Below, piece by piece: positions 26,354 through 37,662 of a stretch of DNA of 64,000 nt. Location: NCBI GenBank assembly GCA_040954595.2, contig CM082589.2:9064894-9128893 (forward strand). The letters run 5' to 3'. Position 1 is the first letter of the stretch. Every line of letters starts with the position of its first letter. Source of the stretch: Balanoglossus misakiensis (lineage: Eukaryota > Animalia > Hemichordata). The notes below the pieces were generated by a model. The model saw only the letters and a program-made list of their open reading frames with translations, had not been told where the DNA came from and ran no database searches. The translations under genes were made by a program, and so were the position numbers.

Positions 26354-29300
26354 TAGGGCCCAAGCGCAAGCCAGCGCTTGGGCCCTATTGGTTTCGTTGG
26401 GGTTTTTACGGGCCCAAGCCAAGCCAGGCTTGGGCCCGTATTGGTTTCGCTGGGGTTTTTCTGTCTTTACGGGCCCAAGCCAAGCCAGGCTTGGGCCCGT
26501 ATTGGTTTCGTTGGGGTTTTTTAGGGCCCAAGCGCATACCAGCGCTTGGGCCCTATTGGTTTCGTTGGGGTTTTTCTTTCTTTCTTTCTTTCTTTCTTTA
26601 TTCTTCTGTCAATTCTTTGTCGCTCTAGATCTCAGACACCGCTGCAGGTACACTTCTGAAACTTGCTACAGTGGTCAAGGTCAATGAGTAGTCGTGCATT
26701 GAACCCTTGAATTTTTAATTAGTCACGTGACCTGGCGGCCATATTGGATTTTCTGAAAAAATGCAAATCTCAGATCTCAGAAACTACAAGTCAGATCGAC
26801 TTCAAATTTGGTGTGCAGGTAGTCTACCTTCTACCCATCATTTTTGTAATTGGATATTTTGCTGTAAATGTTGCAGTTTTTTTGCTACAATTTTTTTTCT
26901 GAAATCTGGCTTAAATTTCAAAAATCTTCTTCTCCAGAACCGGTGATAACTGAGTCACGCGGTTTGGGGTATGTGGTCACCTAACTGATGTCTATCAAGT
27001 TTGCGAAGATCATTGTGATTGGTCGAAGATTATGGCGGCCATATTGGATTTTCGAAAAACCATAGTAAAACTTCAAAAATCTTCTTCTCAAGAACGGGCG
27101 ATAACCGAGTCACAAGATTTGGTGTGTGTGGTCATTAAACAGATGTCTATCAAGTTTGCGAAGGGGAATGTGATTGGTCGAAGATTATGGTGGCCATATT
27201 GGATTTTGTGAAAAACGATTAAAAAGTAAAAATTCCTTTTCTAGCCTAAAAATTGATAGCACAGAAATTCTTTTTATGGATATGAATCATCATATGAAAA
27301 GAATAAGCTATAAATATTTTGGTAATTTTGGCAATGACCTTTGACCTACTTTTGACGCATCATTTTTCTGCATATCTAATTCCAGGCTAACCAATAGGGC
27401 TATAAGTTTGGTTTTTGATGTATGTGGATTTGTATGTGATCAAAAAATTTTGCTACTTTTCATGACCCCTTTGACCTCTGGTGACCTCATTAAATATGCG
27501 CATACCTAATTACAGATGAACCAATAGACCTAGAGGTTTTGTTTTTGTTATACATGGACCAGTATGGGGTCAAAATATTTTGCCCAAATGTTGGGTGACC
27601 TTTGACCTACTTTTGCATATCTCGGCATCCAAAGCAGGTACAGCCTTGGCATTTGGAGATATGGGGCCATATTGAAAAGCCAAAGTTTTGGGTCACCTGT
27701 GACCTCTGCTGACCTCATTTATTATGTGCATAGCTAATTAGAGGCGAACCAATAGAGCTAGAGGTCTGGTTTTTGTTGGACATGGACCACTATGGGTCAA
27801 AATTTTCTTGCCCAATTTTTGGGTGACCTCAGATGACCTTTGACCTACTTTTGCATATCTCGGCATCCAAAGCAGGTACAGCCTTGGCATTTGGAGATAT
27901 GGGGCCATAATGAAAAGCCACAGTTTTGGGTCACCTGTGACACCTGCTTAACTCATTATTTATGTGCATACCTAATTACGGGCTAACCAAAAGGGCTAGA
28001 GGTCTGGTTTTTTGTTGGACATGGACCACTATGGGTTAGAATTTTCTGCCCAAATTTTGGGTGACCTCGGGTGACCTTTGACCTACTTTTGCATATCTCG
28101 ACATCCACAGCAGATACAGCCTTGGCGTTTGGAGGTATGGGGCCATAATGAAAAGCCAAAGTTTTGGGTCACCTGTGACACCTGCTTAACTCATTATTTA
28201 TGTGCATACCTAATTCCGGGCTAACCAAAAGGACTAGAGGTCTGGCTTTTGTTGGACATGGACCACTATGGGTCAAAATGTTCTGCCAAAATTGTGGGTG
28301 ACCCCTGGGTGACCTTTGACCTACTTAACACTATATCAGCACCAAACAGATATAACCTTGATATTTCATGGGATAAAACACAGCATTATGTTTCTACTCA
28401 TTAATTATGTGCATATCTAATAATCAGATCAGATAATAGAGCTTGGGCCCGGACAATGCTGCTTGCAGCTTTAATCTTTCTTTATTCTTGGTTCACTTCT
28501 TTGTCGCTCTAGATCTCAGACACCACTGCAGGTACAGTTCTCAAACTTGCTACAGTGGTCAAGGTCAATGAGTAGTAGTGCATTGAACCCATGAATTTTT
28601 AATTAGTCACATGACCTGGCGGCCATCTTGGATTTTCTGAAAAAATGCAAATCTCAGATCTCAGAAACTACAAGTCAGATCGACTTCAAATTTGGCGTGC
28701 AGGTAGACTACCTTCTGGCAATCATTTTTGTAATTGGAAATTATGCTGTCAATGTTGCAGTTTTTTTGCTACAATTTTTTTTCTGAAATCTGGCTTAAAT
28801 TTCAAAAATCTTCTTCTCCAGAACCGGTGATAACCGAGACACGGGGTTTGGGGTATGTGGTCACCTAACTGATGTCTATCAAGTTTGCGATGATCATTGT
28901 GATTGGTCAAAGATTATGGCGGCCATATTGGATTTTCGAAAAACCCTAGTAAAATTTCAAAAATCTTCTTCTCGAGAACCGGCGATAACCGAGCCACAAG
29001 ATTTGGTGTGTGTGGTCATTAAACATATGTCTATCCAGTTTGCGAAGGGGAATGTGATTGGTCAAAGATTATGGCGGCAATATTGGATTTTGTGAAAAAC
29101 GATTAAAAAGTAAAAATTCCTTTTCTAGCCTAAAAATTGATAGCACAGAAATTCTTTTTATGGATATGAATCATCATATGGCAAGAATAAGCTATAAATA
29201 TTTTGGTAATTTTGGCAATGACCTTTGACCTACTTTTGACGCATCATTTTTCTGCATATCTAATTCCAGGCTAACCAATAGTGCTATAAGTTTGGTTTTT

Positions 29301-32300
29301 GATGTATGTGGATTTGTATGTGATCAAAAATTTTTGCTACTTTTCATGACCCCTTTGACCTCTGCTGACCTCATTAAATATGCACATACCTAATTAATGA
29401 TGAACCAATAGACCTAGAGGTTTTGTTTTTGTTATACATGGACCAGTATAGGGTCAAAATATTTTGCCCAAATGTTGGGTGACCTCGGGTGACCTTTGAC
29501 CTACTTTTGCATATCTCGACATCCACAGCAGATACAGCCTTGGCGTTTGGAGGTATGGGGCTATAATGAAAAGCCTAAGTTTTGGGTCACCTGTGACACC
29601 TGCTTAACACATTATTTATGTGCATACCTAATTCCGGGCTAACCAAAAAGGCTAGAGGTCTGGTTTTTGTTGGACATGGACCACTATTGGTCAAAATTTT
29701 CTGCCAAAATTGTGGGTGACCTCTGGGTGACTTTTCACCTACTTAACACTATATCAACACCAAACATAGATATAACCTTGATATTTCATGGGATAAAACA
29801 CAGCATTATGTTTCTACTCATTAATTATGTGCATATCTAATAATCAGATCAGATAATAGAGCTTGGGCCCGGACAATGCTGCTTGCAGCTTTAATTCTTT
29901 CTTTATTCTTGTGTCAATTCTTTGACCCACGAGATCTCAGACACCGCTGCAGGTACACTTCTGAAACTTGCTACAGTGGTCAAGGTCAATGAGTAGATGT
30001 GCATTGAACCCTTGAATTTTTAATTAGTCACGTGACCTGGCGGCCATATTAGATTTTCTGAAAAAATGCAAATCTCAGATCTCAGAAACTACAAGTCAGA
30101 TCGACTTCAAACTTGGTGTGCAGGTAGTCTACCTTCTACCCATCATTTTTGTAATTGGATATTTTGCTGTCAATGTTGCAGTTTTTTTGCTACAGTTGTT
30201 TTTCTGAAATCTGGTCAAAATTTCAAAAATCTTCTTCTCCAGAACCAGTGATAACCGAGTCACGCGGTTTGGGGTATGTGGTCACCTAACTGATGTCTAT
30301 CAAGTTTGCGAAGATCATTGTGATTGGTGGAAGATTATGGCGGCCATATTGGATTTTCGAAAAACCCTAGTAAAATTTCAAAAATCTTCTTCTCAAGAAC
30401 CGGCGATAACCGAGTCACAAGATTTGGTGTGTGTGGTCATTAAACAGATGTCTATCAAGTTTGCGAAGATCATTGTGATTGGTCGAAGATTTTGGCGGCC
30501 ATATTGGATTTTGTGAACAACGATTAAAAAGTAAAAATTCTGTTTCTAGCCTAAAAATTGATAGCACAGAAATTCTTTTTATGGATATGAATCATCATAT
30601 GACAAGAATAAGCTATAAATATTTTGGTAATTTTGGCAATGACCTTTGACCTACTTTTGACGCATCATTTTTCTGCATATCTAATTCCAGGCTAACCAAT
30701 AGGGCTATAAGTTTGGTTTTTGATGTATGTGGTTTTGTATGTGATCAAAAAATTTTGCTACTTTTCATGACCCCTTTGACCTCTGCTGACCTCATTAAAT
30801 ATGCATATACCTAATTACAGATGAACCAATAGACCTAGAGGTTTTGTTTTTGTTATACATGGACCAGTATGGGGTCAAAATATTTTGCCCAAATGTTGGG
30901 TGACCTCGGGTGACCTTTGACCTACTTTTGCATATCTCGACATCCACACCAGATACAGCCTTGGCGTTTGGAGGTATGGGGCCATAATGAAAAGCCAAAG
31001 TTTTGGGTCACCTGTGACACCTGCTTTACTCATTAAATATGCACATACCTAATTACAGATGAACCAATAGACCTAGAGGTTTTGTTTTTGTTATACATGG
31101 ACCACTACGGGTCAAAATTTTCTACCCAAATTTTGGGTGACCTCAGATGACCTTTGACCTACTTTTGCATATCTCAGCATCCAAAGCAGGTACAACCTTG
31201 GCGTTTGGAGGTATGGGGCCATAATGAAAAGCCAAAGTTGTGGGGTCACCTGTGACACCTGCTTTACGCATTATTTATGTGCATACCTAATTCCGGGTTA
31301 ACCAAAAGGGCTAGAGGTCTGGTTTTTGTTGGACATTGACCACTATGGGTCAAAATATTCTGCCCAAATTGTGGGTGACCCCTGGGTGACCTTTGACCTA
31401 CTTAACACTATATCAGCACCAAACATAGATATAACCTTGATATTTCATGGGATAAAACACTGCATTATGTTTCTACTCATTAATTATGTGCATATCTAAT
31501 AATCAGATCAGATAATAGAGCTTGGGCCCGGACAATGCTGCTTGCAGCTTTAATCTGTCTTTCTTTCTTTCTTTCTTTATTCTTCTGTCAATTCTTTGTC
31601 GCTCTAGATCTCAGACACCGCTGCAGGTACACTTCTGAAACTTGCTACAGTGGTCAAGGTCAATGAGTAGTCGTGCATTGAACCCTTGAATTTTTAATTA
31701 GTCACGTGACCTGGCGGCCATATTGGATTTTCTGAAAAAAATGCAAATCTCAGATCTCAGAAACTACAAGTCAGATCGACTTCAAATTTGGCATGCTGGT
31801 AGACTACCTTCTGCCCATCATTTTTGTAATTGGAAATTATGCTGACAAAGTTGCAGTTTTTTTGCTACAATTTTTTTTCTGAAATCTGGCCTAAATTTCA
31901 AAAATCTTCTTCTCCAGAACCGGTGATAACCGAGACACTGGGTTTGGGGTATGTGGTCACCTAACTGATGTCTATCAAGTTTGCGAAGATCATTGTGATT
32001 GGTCGAAGATTATGGCGGCCATATTGGATTTTCGAAAAACCCTAATAAAATTTGAAAAATCTTCTACTCAAGAACCGGCCATAACCGAGTCACAAGATTT
32101 GGTGTGTGTGGTCATTAAACAGATGTCTATCAAGTTTGCGAAGATGAATGTGATTGGTCGAAGATTATGCGGCCATATTGGAATTTGTGAAAAACGATTA
32201 AAAAGTAAAAATTCCCTTTCTAGCCTAATAATTGATAGCACAGAAATTCTTTTTATGGATATGAATCATCATATGACAAGAATAAGCTATAAATATTTTG

Positions 32301-34386
32301 GTAATTTTGGCAATGACCTTTGACCTACTTTTGACGCATCATTTTTCTGCATATCTAATTCCAGGCTAACCAATAGGGCTATAAGTTTGGTTTTTGATGT
32401 ATGTGGATTTGTATGTGATCAAAAAATTTTGCTACTTCTCATGACCCCTTTGACCTCTGCTGACCTCATTAAATTTGCACATACCTAATTAATGATGAAC
32501 CAATAGACCTTGAGGTTTTGTTTTTGTTATACATGAACCAGTATGGGGTCAAAATATTTTGCCCAAATGTTGGGTGACCTCAGGTGACCTTTGACCTACT
32601 TTTGCATATCTTGACATCCACAGCAGATACAGCCTTGGCGTTTGGAGGTATGGGGCCATAATGAAAAGCCAAAGTTTTGGGTCACCTGTGACACCTGCTA
32701 ACTCATTATTTATGTGCATACCTAATTCCAGGCTAACCAAAAAGGCTAGAGGTCTGGTTTTTGTTGGACATGGACCACTATGGGTCAAAATGTTCTGCCC
32801 AAATTGTGGGTGACCCCTGGGGGTCCTTTGACCTACTTTACACTATATCAACACCAAACATAGATATAACCTTGATATTTCATGGGATAAAACAGAGCAT
32901 TATGATTCTACTCATTAATTATGTGCATATCTAATATCAGATCAGATAATAGAGCTTGGGCCCGGACAATGCTGCTTGCAGCTTTAATTCTTTCTTTATT
33001 CTTCTGTCAATTCTTTGTCGCTCTAGATCTCAGACACCGCTGCAGGTACACTTCTGAAACTTGCTACAGTGGTCAAGGTCAATGAGTAGTCGTGCATTGA
33101 ACCCTTGAATTTTTAATTAGTCACGTGACCTGGCGGCCATATTGGATTTTCTGAAAAAATGCAAATCTCAGATCTCAGAAACTACAAGTCAGATCGACTT
33201 CAAATTTGGTGTGCAGGTAGTCTACCTTCTACCCATCATTTTTGTAATTGGATATTTTCCTGTAAATGTGGCACTTTTTTTGCTACAATTTTTTTTCTGA
33301 AATCTGGCTTAAATTTCAAAAATCTTCTTCTCCAGAACCGGTGATAGCTGAGTCACGCGGTTTGGGGTATTTGGTCACCTAACTGATGTCTATCAAGTTT
33401 GCGAAGATCATTGTGATTGGTCGAAGATTATGGCGGCCATATTGGATTTTCGAAAAACCATAGTGAAACTTCAAAAATCTTCTTCTCAAGAACCGGCGAT
33501 AACCGAGTCACAAGATTTGGTGTGCGTGGTCATTAAACAGATGTCTATCAAGTTTGCGAAGGGGAATGTGATTAGTCGAAGATTATGGCGGCCATATTGG
33601 ATTTTGTGAAAAACGATTAAAAAGTAAAAATTCCTTTTCTAGCCTAAAAATTGATAGCACAGAAATTCTTTTTATGGATATGAATCATCATATGACAAGA
33701 ATAAGCTATAAATATTTTGGTAATTTTGGCAATGACCTTTGACCTACTTTTGACGCATCATTTTTCTGCATATCTAATTCCAGGCTAACCAATAGGGCTA
33801 TAAGTTTGGTTTTTGATGTATGTGGATTTGTATGTGATCAAAAATTTTTGCTAATTTTCATGACCCCTTTGACCTCTGGTGACCTCATTAAATATGCGCA
33901 TACCTAATTAATGATGAACCAATAGACCTAGAGGTTTTGTTTTTGTTATACATGGACCAGTATGGGGTCAAAATATTTTGCCCAAATGTTGGGTGACCTC
34001 GGGTGACCTTTGACCTACTTTTGCATATCTCGTCATCCACAGTAGATACAGCCTTGGCGTTTGGAGGTATGGGGCCATAATGAAAAGCCAAAGTTTTGGG
34101 TCACCTGTGACACCTGCTTAACTCATTATTTATGTGCATACCTAATTCTGGGCTAACCAAAATGGCTAGAGGTCTGTTTTTTGTTGGACATGGACCACAA
34201 TGGGTCAAAATTTTCTGTCCAAATTGTGGGTGACCTCTGGGTGACCTTTGACCTACTTAACACTATTTCAGCACCAAACATAGATATAATCTTGATATTT
34301 CATGGGATAAATCACATATGTGCATATCTAATAATCAGATCAGATAATAGAGCTTGGGCCCGGACAATGCTGCTTGCAGCTTTAAT
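26354..34386 (+). mobile_element. Inverted nested block of HINE units (4 stacked heads + 5 bodies) inserted into a minus-strand unit
   Basis: The host sequence CTCTATTAT|CTGATCTG is split at 26353/34387. The block starts TAGGGCCC, has heads at 26354-26575, and GCAGCTTTAAT ends at 28475, 29895, 31554, 32988 and 34386. Confidence 0.9.
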
Positions 34387-34962
34387 CTGATCTGATTATT
34401 AGATATGCACATAATTAATGAGTAGGAACATAATGCTGTGTTTTATCCCATGAAATATCAAGGTTATATCTATGTTTGGTGTTGATATAGTGTTAAGTAG
34501 GTCAAAGGTCACCCAGAGGTCACCCACAATTTGGGCAGAAAATTTTGACCCATAGTGGTCCATGTCCAACAAAATCCAGATCTCTAGCCCTTTTGGTTAG
34601 CCCGAAATTAGGTATGCACATAAATAATGAGTTAAGCAGGTGTCACAGGTGACCCAAAACTTTGGCTTTTCATTATGGCCCCATACCTCCAAACGCCAAG
34701 GCTGTATCTGCTGTGGATGTCGAGATATGCAAAAGTAGGTCAAAGGTCATCCGAGGTCACCCAACATTTGGGCAAAAAAATTTGACCCAATACTGGTTCA
34801 TGTCCAACAGAAACCAAACATCTAGGTCTATTGGTTCATCTGTAATTAGGTATGCGCATATTTAATGAGGTCAGCAGAGGTCAAAGGGGTCATGATAAGT
34901 AGCGAAATTTTTTGATCACATACAAATCCACATACATCAAAAACCAAAATCATAGCCCTATA

Positions 34963-35441
34963 CACCACTTTCATAAGTAGCGCCCTCTACAGGCGATGAC
35001 GTCATTCGGGGGAAAGTTTGAAGAAGCCATTTTGTCAACGGTTTTTTTCTTATGTGGCGCCTGGTCTTTTTTCAACGCGGTCGCGGGAAGCTGGAAATGG
35101 CTGCAAAAATGGTGAGTGCGATTTCAGTTTTCTTCTCAAAGTCCTTATTTGGTTCTGCCAAGTAATTTCAGACTGCCGGTCACTCATAAATATTCATCGG
35201 CGGCATTAATATTCATTACTTAAATATTTACATCCTATTACTTATTCATGTCCTCAACGTACTTGCTCTACGCAGCTCAGTGATCGAGTTTTCATTCACA
35301 ACTAATACAAAAGACCCAATAGCTACAATGACACAACATCTGAACAACTAAATACTATTAGCAACTGTTTCACACCTCTGGTTTTTGTTTCCTTCACGAT
35401 CTTTTGTTTATTTAACCGCAATATACATGGGCCAGCCAGGG
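34963..35441 (+). repeat. Left terminal inverted repeat (479 bp)
   Basis: Reverse complement of 39913-40391; I found two substitutions by eye. Confidence 0.95.
34997..35117 (+). promoter_or_regulatory. Putative promoter and first exon in the left TIR (mirrored at 40237-40357 on -)
   Basis: CRE-like TGACGTCA at 34997-35004, YY1-like GCCATTTT and AAATGGC, locally CpG-rich, ATG at 35097, donor GTGAGT at 35112. Confidence 0.6.
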
Positions 35442-37293
35442 CTGTGATCAGCATAACTTGTAGATACCACCATGATGTTTTTTTTTCATATATTTTTACA
35501 TCACATATTATTTTTTTATTCAGCTTTTTTCTAAGGTGAGCTCCAGGAATGCTACAAAAAAAAACTGTGCTGTGCCACGCTGTACCAGCTATGGGAAGTT
35601 TTCTGTTCCTGGGCATGGTACTGTTACGTATCATAAATTTCCACAAAATGAAGAAATGAAAAAGATATGGCTGACAAAAATAAGACGTGATGAAGACAAG
35701 TCCTTTAAGGTATTTAAATTTCTTAAAATGAACATTTTGGAGCGATTTGTTTAAAGCCCTAAACACCATCTTGCTGTTATGAAAAATGAAAAATCAAATA
35801 TTCCTGTCTAAAGAATTAGATGAAAATTTCATTAATGTAATTGTTGTACATATATAAATATAGGTCACAGCCACTGTGTAGCTTTCCAACACAAATCAAG
35901 TCTTTTGAAACATGCTGAATCTAAAATATAATCCCTCTACTATTGCTTATATTTGTTTTTTATTTTTCAGGTTGGAAATCATACAGTTGTTTGCTCCCTC
36001 CATTTCAGAGAAGATGATATTGAGTTTCACCAATTCAGTGGCAGGAGGACGATTCATTCAGGGGCTGTCCCGTGTGTTTTTAAGTGTTGGGAAGATATTC
36101 CTCATATAACAGCTCAGCCTAAGCCAAGTCGGCCATTTAATGCTCTGCAACTGTCGCGGTTATGCAAAACGGATGAGAACCAGACAACCATGATGCAGTT
36201 GGAATCTGGGGATGCATCGACCAAGGTTGCAAGGGCTGATGAAGAAACTTCCTCACGTTTTGAAATCATGGCCAAAGAAATGGAGGAACTTAAAAACAAA
36301 ATCCAACAATTAACTGTAGAGAACCATCGTCTGGAGATTGCTCTTCGCAACTCCGAATTTTCGATACAGAACATCAAAGAGTGTGATATTTCTTTTTACA
36401 CAGGTTTTCCTAATATTCATGTTTTTAATTCCCTTCTGAAATATGTAAACCCTGGGCCAAATGGTGAAAATCTCGTAAATGTTCGCCAGACAGCAAGTTC
36501 CCACCAGCAGACTGGAACAAAGGTTGGAAGACCGCGGAAATTGTCTGTGCAAAATCAGTTTTTTCTTTTTTTGTGCAGGGTACGGTTGGGTCTTTTTGAG
36601 CGTGATTTGTCATATCGATTTTCAGTTTCTGTCACCACTGTCAGTAATATTGTTCTGTCCTGGTCAAATTTCCTGTATCTCCGACTTGGTACCATAAATA
36701 TATGGCCATCTAAGCAGGTTGTTGTGAACACAATGCCAGATTCATTCAAAGAGAAATATGCTGATACACGTATAATCATTGATGCAACAGAAATAAAGAT
36801 TGAAATGCCATCATCATTAATGTTGAAATCTCAATCATATTCAAATTATAAATCAACAAACACACTGAAAGGTCTGATTGGAATCAGTCCTGCTGGTAAC
36901 ATCAGCTTTGTCTCACAGCTGTACACTGGTAGTATTTCAGATCGTGAATTGACCATCAGAAGTGGCCTATTGCAAAATTCATTTGAGCCAGGAGATGGCA
37001 TACTAGCTGACAAGGGCTTTGATATTCAGGATCTACTTGATCCAATCAATGTAAAGCTAAATATCCCACCATTTCTGGGGCAAAAGGGACAAATGCCAGA
37101 TTGTGATGTTATTGAAACTCAGCAGATTGCATCAGAAAGAATCCATGTAGAAAGAGCAATAAATAAAGTGAAAAATTTCCATATTTTTGATTCTGTGATC
37201 CCCATGTCATTAACAGGGTCAATCAATCAGATATGGACAGTCTGTGCACTTTTGACTCTCTTCCAGAACCCAATCATTTCTGTGCCAGATTAA
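35097..37293 (+). CDS. THAP-HTH-DDE transposase (ISL2EU/Harbinger DDE_Tnp_4-like); predicted exons 35097-35111, 35524-35709, 35971-37293 (~507 aa)
   Basis: The THAP motif CAVPRC...FP...W|...CSLHF...GAVP is joined by a phase-0 GT-AG intron. HTH region LSVQNQFFLFL...LSYRFSVS; catalytic motifs IDATE, LADKGF and RIHVERAI. Confidence 0.9.
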
Positions 37294-37585
37294 AGCCCGG
37301 TGGTATAACATGATGAAAAAAAAAACAGAAATGTTATTAAATAACATTTCTGTTGTTTTTTTCATCATGTTTTGGAAATATGGAGTAACAACAAAAAATA
37401 CTGACACAGTGTCTCAAAATTAGTGTTACTGGGGCTATAACGGGACAATACTGAGATTTTAATATAATAAATAACAGGGTCATGTATGAGATATCTTATG
37501 GTAATTGTTTTTGTTGAATTGTATTGTGCATGTTAAGACAACAATAAAACAAGACTGAATTCCATACTGCTAGTACAATAGTAGT

Positions 37586-37662
37586 TTAATTTGCATCTAT
37601 ATTTACAAAATCTATCATTTCAGCTTAATTTGCATCTATATTTACAAAATCTATCATTTCAG
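37586..37662. repeat. 39-bp-period tandem duplication spanning the YqaJ stop codon
   Basis: TTAATTTGCATCTATATTTACAAAATCTATCATTTCAG at 37586-37623 and 37625-37662. Confidence 0.9.

Noticed and set aside
25989-26575. CRISPR- or REP-like array of palindromic repeats
   Set aside because: There are no unique spacers and no cas genes, the context is eukaryotic with introns, and the repeats are the 5' termini of the array elements.
463-34865. Many recurring 60-146 aa ORFs (MAFHYGP..., MQISDLRN..., RAQA repeats)
   Set aside because: These are translations of non-coding repeat units; stops and frameshifts vary between copies and no domain is recognisable.
35323-35769. 148-aa minus-strand ORF
   Set aside because: It is an antisense shadow of the THAP exon and flanking introns.
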